From Spirochaetia bacterium (GTDB taxonomy: Bacteria; Spirochaetota; Spirochaetia; SZUA-6; Bin103), in contig OZ241907.1 of the NCBI GenBank assembly GCA_965203515.1, positions 2,752,001-2,816,000 on the forward strand: a stretch of 64,000 nt of DNA, written 5' to 3'. The notes beneath the pieces are model-generated. The model saw only the letters and a program-made list of their open reading frames with translations, was not told where the DNA came from and ran no database searches. A program made the translations under genes and the position numbers. Below, piece after piece: positions 1 through 11,748 of the stretch (position 1 is the first letter of the stretch; each line of letters opens with the position of its first letter).

Positions 1-91
1 CATCGTCGAAGTCGACCCGAAACGATCGTTCCGCCGACACCAGCGGAAACAGGTGATGGACCACCGCCCGCCCGGCGCGCAGGCGCGGCAC
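1..91 (-). pseudogene. Possible fragment of an AAA_14/DUF4143-type ATPase running off the window edge
   Basis: Minus frame reads VPRLRAGRAVVHHLFPLVSAERSFRVDFDD. GRAxxxxLFPL resembles an internal motif of these ATPases, but no N-terminal P-loop precedes it. Confidence 0.3.
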
Positions 92-208
92 CGCTGAGCT
101 ATTCGGTGTCTTCAGCCGTTGGCGGTGCCTCGGTCGGTTCGGGAGCGGCGGACGAAGCGGCGAGCCGCTCTGCTTGCATGATACGACAACTACTGCGAGA
201 CTCCCCCC

Positions 209-402
209 ATGAAGGTCAGCGTAGTGGATTCGAAGAGACGAATCATGCTTGGAGCTGCTAGTCCCGGAGAAGCGTTTAGCGTTGCGGAGGAGTCCGACGG
301 TCGGATCGTCATAACACCGGCGGCCATGACACCATGACCGCGTGGACCGACCCGGAGGAGCAGGCGGTATATGAGCGGTTCATGACAGAGCGGAAGAACT
401 GA
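209..402 (+). pseudogene. AbrB/MazE/SpoVT-like antitoxin/regulator disrupted by an 8-bp tandem duplication
   Basis: ATG209 gives MKVSVVDSKRRIMLGAASPGEAFSVAEESDGRIVITPAAMTP* (swapped-hairpin-like pattern). Removing the duplicated accatgac (331-338) restores one ORF ending ...AMTAWTDPEEQAVYERFMTERKN* at 402. Confidence 0.55.
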
Positions 403-445
403 TCTCGGGTCAGAACGATCGCCGGCCGCAGCCGCGCACGTTACC

Positions 446-2926
<2,481 letters not shown>

Positions 2927-3143
2927 CGTGGGTGCTCGGAATGATACCACCGCGCGCGCATCGCAGGCCAGCGCGATCACGCCGGCAGGTTGCGGCGGAG
3001 CTGCACGAAGCGGTCGGCGTCGGATCGAATCGACAGGAAGCGATCGGCAAGGCGCTGCAGCAGGCGGCGTTCCAGGTCTGCGGCGTCACCCTGGAGTCGG
3101 ACAGCGCTTCTCGGCGGTCTCGCTCGCCGTCCGGGGGGACGGC

Positions 3144-3560
3144 ATGGAGATCGTCGAGAGCCTCAACGAGCACATCCGCATCTCCCTGGGCAGCGATGCC
3201 TGCCGCTTCACCGGCTACGACGTGCTGAGCTCGACGCCGGAGGACGGCGGCGTGCGCGTGCGGGTGCGGGTCAGCCACGCGTCCTACCGCGTGCCGGGGC
3301 CGGACGTGGACCGACGCCGGCTGGCGGTGCTCGACTTCGAGATCGACGAGGTGCATCTGTACGGAGCCGGCGGCGAGCGTGAGCAGCGCACCGGCGGCGG
3401 CGCGGCGTGGAGGTCGACTTCGATCTCATGCGCAACCTGCAGGACCGCTTCCGGGCGCGCATCGAGTCGCTGCTCACGCAGGGCCGGCGGTTCGCGGTGC
3501 TCGACCGCCGCGCCCCGGAACTACACGTGCAGGTGTGCGCCGCCTGCTCCTTCGCTGCGC
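3144..3560 (+). pseudogene. Hypothetical protein, apparently frameshifted near 3400 and cut at the island edge
   Basis: Protein-like frame MEIVESLNEHIRI...HLYGAGGEREQRTGGG continues after a 1-nt shift in a (GGC)n run as VEVDFDLMRNLQDRFRARIESLL...LHVQV. Confidence 0.35.
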
Positions 3561-3853
3561 TACGTTCCGCTAACTCTCTCGGCGTGCTGCACGTGACGGC
3601 GCAAGGCACGATTTATTTCGGCCTGATAGCCACGACCGTCACGGGCATGCTTCTTGAACCAGGCGACGATGTCGGCATCCAGCCGCAGTGTGATCTGCTG
3701 CTTAACGGGTCGGTAAAAGACACCTCGTCTTGCCATCGACCAGTCGACTGTTTCGGGTGGGTCGGTCGTATCTATCGAGTCGTCGGGAAGTTCCTTGAGG
3801 GCTGCGATCTCTTCCCTCTGTTCGTCAGTAAGCTTGCTAAGGGTATTCTTCAT
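3560..3853 (-). CDS. brnA: BrnA-family antitoxin (DUF4415-type, C-terminal RHH)
   Basis: RPVKQQITLRLDADIVAWFK...GYQAEINRALR. Overlaps the brnT stop by 17 bp. Confidence 0.92.
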   Translation of the reverse strand: MKNTLSKLTDEQREEIAALKELPDDSIDTTDPPETVDWSMARRGVFYRPVKQQITLRLDADIVAWFKKHARDGRGYQAEINRALRRHVQHAERVSGT

Positions 3854-4118
3854 AGTTCCGCCTTTCGCTAGGTGTCGCCTTGCGAGCGCTGATGATGCGG
3901 CCCGTCTCGGTACCAGTTTTCCGATCCGGCCAAGTATGGACTACTATAAAGATCACAGATTCGATCTCACCGATGGTTCGCCAACGTTGTTCGTTCGGAT
4001 ACGAATCTGCAATCGTAATCGCAAGCGGGTCGTCGAACACGAGTTGGGCAGTCTCGAAACCAAGTCGGTGACGGCGTTTATTCGCACGGTTCTTCGTCTC
4101 ATCCCAGACCCAGCGCAT
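3837..4118 (-). CDS. brnT: BrnT-family ribonuclease toxin (DUF497-type)
   Basis: WDETKNRANKRRHRLGFETAQLVFDDP...EQRWRTIG...RIISARKAT. Confidence 0.93.
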   Translation of the reverse strand: MRWVWDETKNRANKRRHRLGFETAQLVFDDPLAITIADSYPNEQRWRTIGEIESVIFIVVHTWPDRKTGTETGRIISARKATPSERRNYEEYP

Positions 4119-4133
4119 AGCTTCCCACGCATG

Positions 4134-7100
4134 TCAACGATCGAACTGTTCGAACTCGTCAGTCGCACCGGGAAGCCCGGCCAGACAGATGCGATCGATC
4201 AGATCAAGGGAACGGGATGCCCACTTGTCGTTCTGGTGTTGTTGGTAGGTACGGAAGATGAGCTTCGCGACCGTAAGCACGTTCGCGTAACGATCAGTTC
4301 CAATGTCTCGTGATTCGGAGGAAATATCGAGAAATCGCGTGCAAACCATGCACGTCATCCCAGGCAGACGCTCCCGTGAATTATCCAGCGCGCGAAGGAG
4401 CCAGAGTGCGCCGTCAGCGAATTCACTACTGTCGCAGAACGCCGCGATCAGCTTGTCATATGAATCGAGAGACTGACTGCCTATACGGCTGAAACATGAC
4501 GCCGCTTCTTCCCGCACCTCGGCAACGCAATCGTCGAAGAGAACCGTGAGCTTCGCCTCACACCACGCTCGGCACTCGGGCACTCCGAGGTTGGCGGCAG
4601 CCACCTGGGCCACGCCGAGGCGTTGGCTTTGGTCGCCTCGCAGGGCCTCCGCGACGAGGTATGCGGCGCGCTCGTGGTCCAAAGCGGCAAGGCTTGCCAT
4701 GCGCGCGCCGGCTTCGCGAACCTCCGGTGCGGACGATCGAAGCATACGCTCGACGATCGGTTGCAGTGCCGGAAAGCTGTCGCGGAGGCCGCTGCGGATG
4801 AATTCGCACACGTGATGCGTTGCGAGTAGGCGGTCCTCAGCGAAGTTCATACTTCTAAAGAGCCGCACGCCGAGCGTACGATTGTGGTAGGCCACGGCGC
4901 GGAGTGTCCCGGCGACGCAGGAGAGCACGGCGGCGCTGCGATCCTGGATCATTCTTTCGATGGTGGGCTTGAACCGTGGTATGTATGCCGAATCAGTGAG
5001 GATGAGGTCCCGCACGGCATCGGCCGCCCGCCCGCGCGTGGTGTTGATGCCGTTCATGTGAATCTCGCCGTTATAGTAAGGCTGGCCTCTGCCAGCGTCC
5101 ATTCTCCATGCTTCACTGGCGGGATCTTCGTGCTCCGTTGCAATCCAGTGCAGCATTCGAACGGCGTCGTCCGGAAGCGGGTCCCCAATACTGCCGAGGA
5201 GGTCGGCAATCGCCTTACCGCATGGTCCCGCCGATTCCGCGTATCCCTTGCGGCAGACCGCGATTTTGAGATCGCTTTGGACCTCGGCAGTCTTCAACCC
5301 GGCGAGCGTATGTTCGAGGTATACAGGGTTTGCGTCCGCGGGGAACTTCAGACTGAGACGTGCGAATCGATCGGGCTGCTCCTTGACCCGCGTTTCGAGG
5401 ACGCGCGCCAGTTCCAAAGCGCCGCCTTTGAGCGGGTCAGCCACGGTATACTTCCGATCCTCGCGATACTTGTCGGTCGCGCGCAGCCATTGGTCGTCGG
5501 TCATCAGGTCAGCGGCTGACTTATCGATCGGCGACAAAACCATCCCCGCGATAGCCTGTCTCGGCTCGCGTCCCGGCTCACCGAACTTCCGCTTCAGCTC
5601 CTCGTAATGCGCGTTTGCGCGGATGCTGCGCAGGTCCTTCGGAATCGCCGAGAGCAAGTCGAATTGAGTGCGTCCGATCTGCTTGTATTGGATTCCAGCG
5701 ATCGTGCGTTCGAAAGGAGGGACGTAGCGTAAAATCTCGGTCTCCAGGCCCACTCGATTGGCGGCGGTACAGTGCGTTACCACGGCCCGAATCAGTTGCA
5801 TTGCGCACCAGTTCGAGCTGTCCGAATACCCGCACTGAAATCGCCATGGCTCAGCACACAGCAACAGAACCGCCTCGTCCGCGTAGCGCTCAGCCGCGCC
5901 GCCGTAGAGGGCGAGCAGAAGGTGGTTCGCGACATGCGTGTTGCGGCGGCGCAGCTCAGCGATGGCTTGCCCTATCGGTGCGACGCCTTCCTGCGCAAGC
6001 GCGGCCAGCGCTCCGGCCAACCCCGTGAGGCACGCATCCTCACCTGTCGGATGCTCGGTTTCGATGAGCATAGGCCACACGGCGTCGCGCTTCGGCGGCT
6101 CATCATCGGTCAGCGTTGAGTCGGAGATGTCGAGAACCGCGGGCAGTACGTGTTCGACGAACTCGCCGGGGGCGGCTGCTGCCGATTTGGCGATCATCCT
6201 CGCCGCGCTGTCGTCGTGGCCGATAAGCGAGTTTCCGAACATATCCAGGTCCTTGCCGGCGGTTCGGATGACCTCAAGCCGCCGTCGGAGGCGGTGGGCC
6301 ACAACCTCTGGGAGCCAATCGGGGCGTTTCTCACCCAGCTCGTATAGCGTCAGCCAGAACGTATCGTTCACTACGCCCGATCTGCTGACCTCATCAAGCG
6401 TTCCATTGTCCACGAGACGTAGCAGGAGATTGAAGAAGCGGCGGCTGGTGTGATGGATAGCCCGCCCCATCAGTGTTCGCAGGCGCTGCGTCCACTCGCC
6501 GCCCCGGTCGGCATACGGTTCGAGCAAGGCCGCGACGCGGTCCGGTGATCGGCGTTGGTGGACGTTCAGGTAGGTCACGGCCATATCGACGAACCTGCCG
6601 TTGTCTGATGCCAACCACTTCTCAATGAGGCCTCGTCGATCGATTTCCGCGAACCACGACCGCGACCCGAATATCCGCTGCCAAGCGATGGCAGACAGCC
6701 GGTCGGTATTTGTGGTTCCGTCCTCGACGGCCTTGAGCGCAGGCGCCATCCACCGTTCCGCGATAGCCCACTCTTTCTCGGTCGGGTCATTTACTTCGGC
6801 AAGCAGCGCGAACGCCAAGTCCTTGAGGTGCGGGCGGATTCCGTCGTCGGCGAGCAGGGCGTCAAGTTCCTCCGCGTACCTGTTGGAGTCAGCTTCACGG
6901 AGATAGGCCAGCACCTGCCGCACTTGGGAGCGGCGGAACAGATGTTGATCCGATCCCTTGAGGAAGGACACCAGTGAGCCCGACCGACTACGGAATACGC
7001 GCGCGAAGCAGTAGTCGAAGAAGCTCTCGTGGCCGAAGCCGTAGCGGTGGCCATCGAAGGTAAGGACGCCCTCCGACGTGATCTGGTCCAGGTACGCCGG

Positions 7101-8660
7101 CGGGAAATCGTCGAGGCACTCCCTGGGTGCCGAAAGCTGCTGAGTCGCGGTCATCAAGTCGCAGAGCGTCCTCATGATCGCCATCCAGTGATCCGACACG
7201 GACGAGATTCGTTCCGCTACCGCCCGCCGCTTCTCTTGCCAGTACTGGTCGAAAAGTTGTGTTGCCGTACTAAACGTGGGCGTGCTCGCGGTATCGAAGT
7301 TGGCGTCGAGCAAAAGGGAGAGGTTCTGCGGCAGGCGCAGCAACGCGACCTGGCGACTCCGGAACAGCGCCGCATCGAATCCTGCCCTCGTGAGAATGGT
7401 CTTCACCTCGTCGACCGGGAACTCGCCGACGCCGACCTGCGCGGCTGCTTCCGGCATGAGCCGCCGCAGGCCTGAATCGTTCTCCCAGTCGAACGCACGA
7501 CAGACCACGACGGTGTGAATCGCTGCCCGCGCGCGGGAACCCCGCGCCTCGTGCAGCAGGTCCTCGATCAGATCGAATGCGCCGGAGCTTCTGCCGGACA
7601 TGGTGCTCACGGCATCCAACTGATCCACAATCAGGACGCCCGGACGATCGGCAGCCGCTGCCGCCTCTGCAAGTATGCGGACCGGAGACTCTTCCAGACC
7701 GAGTTGGTGTCCCAGCTCCACGGTGTTGGATGCCGAAAGGAAGCGGTCGAGCCGGAAGGCCAGCACCGGCACTCCGAGTGCGCGCAGGCGGTCTACGACC
7801 TCCACGACGCAGGCCGTCTTCCCCGCGCCGGCCTTTCCGGTCATGGCGCTGTCGGTTGCCGCCGTACCGTCCAGTCGCGACAGAAGCGTATCTGCCGCCG
7901 CTCTCGGAACGAGCTGGTGCTGAATGAGCTTTCTGCGCGCGCCTTCCAGGTACCGGTCCGTCGCGTTTTCCACAGCCATTCCGGCGCGTCCGGGCGTCAC
8001 GGGTCGTAACCGATAGCCGCGGGAGGCGAGTTCGTCACCGAGATCTTGACGCGTAATCGTGCGATGCACGGAGTCTTCGATCAGACGCAGAAGTTCCGCC
8101 AGCGTCTTTTCAGGGTCCGCCAAAAAGAGCGCCTGCGCTCCCCAACGCGCCTGTCGTTCGAGATTGCGCTCGTCGATCGTGTGAACTTCGATCCGTTGCA
8201 GGATATCGAGCGCAGTCGGAACGTCGCAATTCCAGCATGCCAGGAGCCTCTCGAACCCGCGCTTCCTTTTCTTGGCTGCGAGAAAGGAGCGCTTGACCTC
8301 CTCTGTCGATTCGGCGCCCGCCGCCGCCTCGCACAGATCGGCCAGTTCACGGGCGTCGCTGGTCGATGCGAAGACGAACCGATCAGCATTGCCCGTCAGT
8401 TGCTCGCCGACGGCCTGCAGCAGTCCGTCGGCGCAGAGCGAAGCAAGGCTCCACTTGCCGTTTGGATGGCTGCGCTTCACCTGATGAAGTACCCGCTGTG
8501 CGCCGACTGACACGACAAACTCTGCCTTCTCGACTTCGGGGTCCTCAATGCGAATCGCATCCGTGGTGGTGTCATGGAGCATCCGCATGAACTCCAACAC
8601 CGTCCACCACTTCTCGTAGCGGTTGCCGAGCTTGTTGGCGGCACCACCGGTAAGCATCAT
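4134..8660 (-). CDS. Large STAND/NACHT-like NTPase with an N-terminal Cap4/PD-(D/E)xK-like nuclease and a C-terminal helical-repeat region (Avs-like antiviral protein)
   Basis: 1508 aa. N-terminal GNRYE...IE...EF...QVK. Walker A GKAGAGKT, Walker B LIVDQLD, winged-helix-like FGHESFFDY, long alpha-helical C-terminus. Codon usage is less GC-rich than the flanks. Confidence 0.8.
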   Translation of the reverse strand: MMLTGGAANKLGNRYEKWWTVLEFMRMLHDTTTDAIRIEDPEVEKAEFVVSVGAQRVLHQVKRSHPNGKWSLASLCADGLLQAVGEQLTGNADRFVFASTSDARELADLCEAAAGAESTEEVKRSFLAAKKRKRGFERLLACWNCDVPTALDILQRIEVHTIDERNLERQARWGAQALFLADPEKTLAELLRLIEDSVHRTITRQDLGDELASRGYRLRPVTPGRAGMAVENATDRYLEGARRKLIQHQLVPRAAADTLLSRLDGTAATDSAMTGKAGAGKTACVVEVVDRLRALGVPVLAFRLDRFLSASNTVELGHQLGLEESPVRILAEAAAAADRPGVLIVDQLDAVSTMSGRSSGAFDLIEDLLHEARGSRARAAIHTVVVCRAFDWENDSGLRRLMPEAAAQVGVGEFPVDEVKTILTRAGFDAALFRSRQVALLRLPQNLSLLLDANFDTASTPTFSTATQLFDQYWQEKRRAVAERISSVSDHWMAIMRTLCDLMTATQQLSAPRECLDDFPPAYLDQITSEGVLTFDGHRYGFGHESFFDYCFARVFRSRSGSLVSFLKGSDQHLFRRSQVRQVLAYLREADSNRYAEELDALLADDGIRPHLKDLAFALLAEVNDPTEKEWAIAERWMAPALKAVEDGTTNTDRLSAIAWQRIFGSRSWFAEIDRRGLIEKWLASDNGRFVDMAVTYLNVHQRRSPDRVAALLEPYADRGGEWTQRLRTLMGRAIHHTSRRFFNLLLRLVDNGTLDEVSRSGVVNDTFWLTLYELGEKRPDWLPEVVAHRLRRRLEVIRTAGKDLDMFGNSLIGHDDSAARMIAKSAAAAPGEFVEHVLPAVLDISDSTLTDDEPPKRDAVWPMLIETEHPTGEDACLTGLAGALAALAQEGVAPIGQAIAELRRRNTHVANHLLLALYGGAAERYADEAVLLLCAEPWRFQCGYSDSSNWCAMQLIRAVVTHCTAANRVGLETEILRYVPPFERTIAGIQYKQIGRTQFDLLSAIPKDLRSIRANAHYEELKRKFGEPGREPRQAIAGMVLSPIDKSAADLMTDDQWLRATDKYREDRKYTVADPLKGGALELARVLETRVKEQPDRFARLSLKFPADANPVYLEHTLAGLKTAEVQSDLKIAVCRKGYAESAGPCGKAIADLLGSIGDPLPDDAVRMLHWIATEHEDPASEAWRMDAGRGQPYYNGEIHMNGINTTRGRAADAVRDLILTDSAYIPRFKPTIERMIQDRSAAVLSCVAGTLRAVAYHNRTLGVRLFRSMNFAEDRLLATHHVCEFIRSGLRDSFPALQPIVERMLRSSAPEVREAGARMASLAALDHERAAYLVAEALRGDQSQRLGVAQVAAANLGVPECRAWCEAKLTVLFDDCVAEVREEAASCFSRIGSQSLDSYDKLIAAFCDSSEFADGALWLLRALDNSRERLPGMTCMVCTRFLDISSESRDIGTDRYANVLTVAKLIFRTYQQHQNDKWASRSLDLIDRICLAGLPGATDEFEQFDR

Positions 8661-8748
8661 GACTTTGCGAGACGGTCCGACCGGCGGAATCGAAAGCTGC
8701 GCACGGCCACGGTCATCTGATTGGCGGCATGGAGGGCAGCCAAACCGA

Positions 8749-9129
8749 TTATGGGAGCAACCACGCCATCACCCGCTGAAGAGTGGGAATCAATACCGCG
8801 GCGCCGACCATGACCGTCAGAATCCAGCGGGTTTGCGTAGTGAGTTCCTTGCGTACATCGGCTAGTTCTTTGCGTACATCGCCGATCTCCTTGCTGACGT
8901 CGGCGCGCAGGACGCCCATTTGACGTTGGAGATCCAGGAAGCCGGCCTGCATTTCGCTGCGCAGACGGCCTTCGCTCTCCGCGACGTGGCGCAGGAACCG
9001 ATCCTCGACCGACTGCAACAGAAGTTCTCTCTGGCCGTTCCGGGCCTCGTGCAGCAGATCGATCAGCGCTGCGCTGGCCTCGTCGCCGAGCTTGTCCTGC
9101 AACGCAGGTGGTACCGTGAGTGCGGCCAC
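8749..9129 (-). CDS. DUF1640/CCDC90/Bdr-like coiled-coil protein with a C-terminal TM helix
   Basis: VPPALQDKLGDEASAALIDLL, heptads DVSKEI/DVRKEL/DVRKEL (21-bp duplication 8842-8883), then the TM segment TRWILTVMVGAAVLIP. Confidence 0.75.
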   Translation of the reverse strand: MAALTVPPALQDKLGDEASAALIDLLHEARNGQRELLLQSVEDRFLRHVAESEGRLRSEMQAGFLDLQRQMGVLRADVSKEIGDVRKELADVRKELTTQTRWILTVMVGAAVLIPTLQRVMAWLLP

Positions 9130-9184
9130 TGCCGCCTAAGCATACCGCGCGGTACGGAATCCGTCTACTTGGCGCGCCGCAGCC

Positions 9185-9781
9185 TTACGGGGCCAGGTCG
9201 CCGCGCTTCACCGACTCCTCGATGAGGGAGCGCGCGAGTTCCCAGAGCCGAGGGGAGCCGGCGGCGATGGCGCCGTTCTTCGCGCGCACCTGTGCGGAGG
9301 TGATTCCGTGCCGGCGCCAGGCGGCGCCGCCGGTGCGGTGGTTGTGCAGCACCGGTTGCAGCCGGTCGAGCGCGTACGCGAAGCGCGCTTCCGGCGTCTC
9401 GCGTTCCTCGAACTCGTCCCAGGCGGCGCGCAGCCGGCTCGCCTGATCGGCCGGCAGCAGCGCGAACAGCCGGTCGGCCGCTTGACGCTCGCGGTCCTGC
9501 TTCGTCGCCTGCCCGGCTTCGTCGTAGATAAAGGTGTCGCCGGCGTCGATCTCCACGATGTCGTGCACCAGCACCATGGCCAGCACCCGGCCGGCGTCGA
9601 GGTCCCCGCCGTACTCGGCCAGGACCAGCGCGTACAGGGCGAGGTGCCAGGAGTGCTCAGCCGAGTTCTCCGGCCGGCTGCCGTCCAGCAGCGTCGTCTG
9701 CCGCCGGACCCGCTTCAGATCGTCGATCGCGCACAGAAACTCGATCTGCTCGTTCAGCCGCCGGTCGACGGCGCCGGTCAC
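9185..9781 (-). CDS. HD-domain phosphohydrolase (HD_3/YfbR-like)
   Basis: LKRVRRQT...ENSAEHSWH...VHDIVEIDAGD...ALDRLQP. The GTG start overlaps the upstream stop (GTGA). Confidence 0.9.
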   Translation of the reverse strand: MTGAVDRRLNEQIEFLCAIDDLKRVRRQTTLLDGSRPENSAEHSWHLALYALVLAEYGGDLDAGRVLAMVLVHDIVEIDAGDTFIYDEAGQATKQDRERQAADRLFALLPADQASRLRAAWDEFEERETPEARFAYALDRLQPVLHNHRTGGAAWRRHGITSAQVRAKNGAIAAGSPRLWELARSLIEESVKRGDLAP

Positions 9782-11748
9782 CGGCTGACCGTCACGGCGA
9801 CGCCGAGGTGGTCGGAGGCCGGGCTCACCGGCATGGAGAAGTCGGTGGCCGTCAGATCGGGACTGGTCCAGACGTAGTCGATGCGCTGCTCCAGCTCGTC
9901 GGCCGGCCACGTGAAACCGTCGCCGGGCGGCCCGGCGGCGACGAACGCGTCGACGAAGCCGGCGGCGGCGACCTGCAGCATCTCCGGGTGGTCGGGGGAC
10001 GCGTTCAAGTCTCCCAGCAGCACCACGGTGCGGGCGCTGTCGATCGCCTCCAACACCGCCAACGCCTGTGGCATGCGGTGGGCGGCATCCTCCTCTTCCT
10101 CGCCGTTGTGGAAGTGGGTGGCCAGCACCTCCAGGACCTCGCCGCCGCCCAGGTCGACTTCCATCGTCAGAAAGCCCCGGTCCATGACGATCTGGTCATT
10201 GTTCGGCATGCGGTGGTTCCGCACCGCTCTGAGCGGAAAGCGGCTCAGCACGGCGTTGCCCCACACCGGGTCGGCCGCCGGGCCGAAGACGTAGGCCATG
10301 CCGAGGCGCCGCGATAGCCAGACCAGCGTGTCGACCGAGCCGTTGATCAGCCAGCCGCGGGATACCTCCTGCAGGGCCAGGATGTCGGGCCGCTCGGCTT
10401 CTATGACCTGCGCGAGCGCCTCCATGCCGTGGCGGCCGCGCACGTCGAAGCCCTGGTGGATGTTGTAGGTCATCACCCGCACCGGGAATCCGCTCCGGTC
10501 GGCCGGTTCGATCCGGTTCCAGGCGGCGATCTGAACCACCGGCACCGCCAGCGCCAGCAGGGCCGGAACGGCGGCGGAGCGCGCGATCTCCGCCCGGATC
10601 GGGGAGCCGCCCAGGCCGGCGCGCAGCGCCGCGAGCGCGACCAGCAGCGCGGCGAGCGGGCGGACGACCGCCTGCGGAATCGGCAGCGCGATGTCGTAGT
10701 GGGCGTAGTAGATGAACAGCAGCACCAGCAGCGCCAGCATGCCGGCCGTGGTCCACGCCGATACCGCCGCGCCGCTCCGCCCGCGAGCCGAGACCGGTGC
10801 GGAGCCGGCCACCGCGACCAGCAGCACCGCGGTCGCCGCCTGCCCGGCGAGCACCGCGAACGCCGCCGCCGGTCCCTGCCAGTCGCCGGCGACCGACGCG
10901 ATCAGCACGCCGCCCACCAGCGCCAGCACGCCGGGGTGCAGCGCTCGACCGCGCCGCGCCAGCGCCGTGGCAGCCGCCACCGCCGCCAGGTTCGCGGCCA
11001 GCGTCCAGGCGAGCGCCGCCGGCTGCTGCCATCCGGTCAGCACGGTCAGCCGCGCGACGTTCTGGAAGGTCAGGAACTCAAGCACGAGCGCCGGGCCGAA
11101 TATCAGGCACGGCGCGCCCCAGGAGAGGTGCGATGACGCCCGGCCGCCGGGTGACGCCGCGCGCTCCGGCCGAGCCGGCGCCGCCATCGCCAGCAGCACC
11201 CACTGCGCCGCCACCAGCACGGCGGTGACCGCGTGCGCGGCGGCGCCCCCGGCCCAGGAGAGATCGATCGTGCCGAACGCACCCTTGACCGCCGTATCGA
11301 TCGACAGCGCGAGCAGCAGCGCGACCGCAGCGTGCGGGCCGCCGTCGCCGGCGGCCCGGAGCGACCGCAGCAGGAGCGGCAGCGCCCACAGGAACAGCAC
11401 CGTGCCGGCGATCGACAGCGCCAGGTCCACGGACAGCGAGGCGGTGAACTGCTCGGCGATCCGCAGCAGTCCGAGCCCGCCGAACATCACCGGCGCCGCG
11501 GCGCGCCGGCCGAGCGCCCGGTGCACGGCCGGCGCCAGAAACCCGGCGCCGAACACGACCAGGCCCAAGCCGCCGACCAGCATCGAGCTCAGCTCGTTGA
11601 TCTGCACGAGGTTCACGGAAAGCGCTACCACGAGCAGGCGCAGGAACTGCAGCCCGAACACGAAGGTCAGCGCGCCGAGCAGCGTGGCGGCGAACGACGC
11701 CCGCCCGCCGCCGAGCGCCGGCTGTCGCCGGCCGCCGGGGTCGCTCAT
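9778..11748 (-). CDS. Polytopic membrane protein with a C-terminal endonuclease/exonuclease/phosphatase (EEP) domain, Cwh43/PGAP2IP-like
   Basis: Many TM segments, then MTYNIH, LQEV, GNAVLSR, GDLN, RIDY, SDH. Confidence 0.85.
   Translation of the reverse strand: MSDPGGRRQPALGGGRASFAATLLGALTFVFGLQFLRLLVVALSVNLVQINELSSMLVGGLGLVVFGAGFLAPAVHRALGRRAAAPVMFGGLGLLRIAEQFTASLSVDLALSIAGTVLFLWALPLLLRSLRAAGDGGPHAAVALLLALSIDTAVKGAFGTIDLSWAGGAAAHAVTAVLVAAQWVLLAMAAPARPERAASPGGRASSHLSWGAPCLIFGPALVLEFLTFQNVARLTVLTGWQQPAALAWTLAANLAAVAAATALARRGRALHPGVLALVGGVLIASVAGDWQGPAAAFAVLAGQAATAVLLVAVAGSAPVSARGRSGAAVSAWTTAGMLALLVLLFIYYAHYDIALPIPQAVVRPLAALLVALAALRAGLGGSPIRAEIARSAAVPALLALAVPVVQIAAWNRIEPADRSGFPVRVMTYNIHQGFDVRGRHGMEALAQVIEAERPDILALQEVSRGWLINGSVDTLVWLSRRLGMAYVFGPAADPVWGNAVLSRFPLRAVRNHRMPNNDQIVMDRGFLTMEVDLGGGEVLEVLATHFHNGEEEEDAAHRMPQALAVLEAIDSARTVVLLGDLNASPDHPEMLQVAAAGFVDAFVAAGPPGDGFTWPADELEQRIDYVWTSPDLTATDFSMPVSPASDHLGVAVTVSR

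Noticed and set aside
3540..9185. Defence block as a bounded mobile element
   Set aside because: No transposase, integrase, terminal inverted repeats or convincing direct repeats were found by eye. Only a compositional shift is visible.
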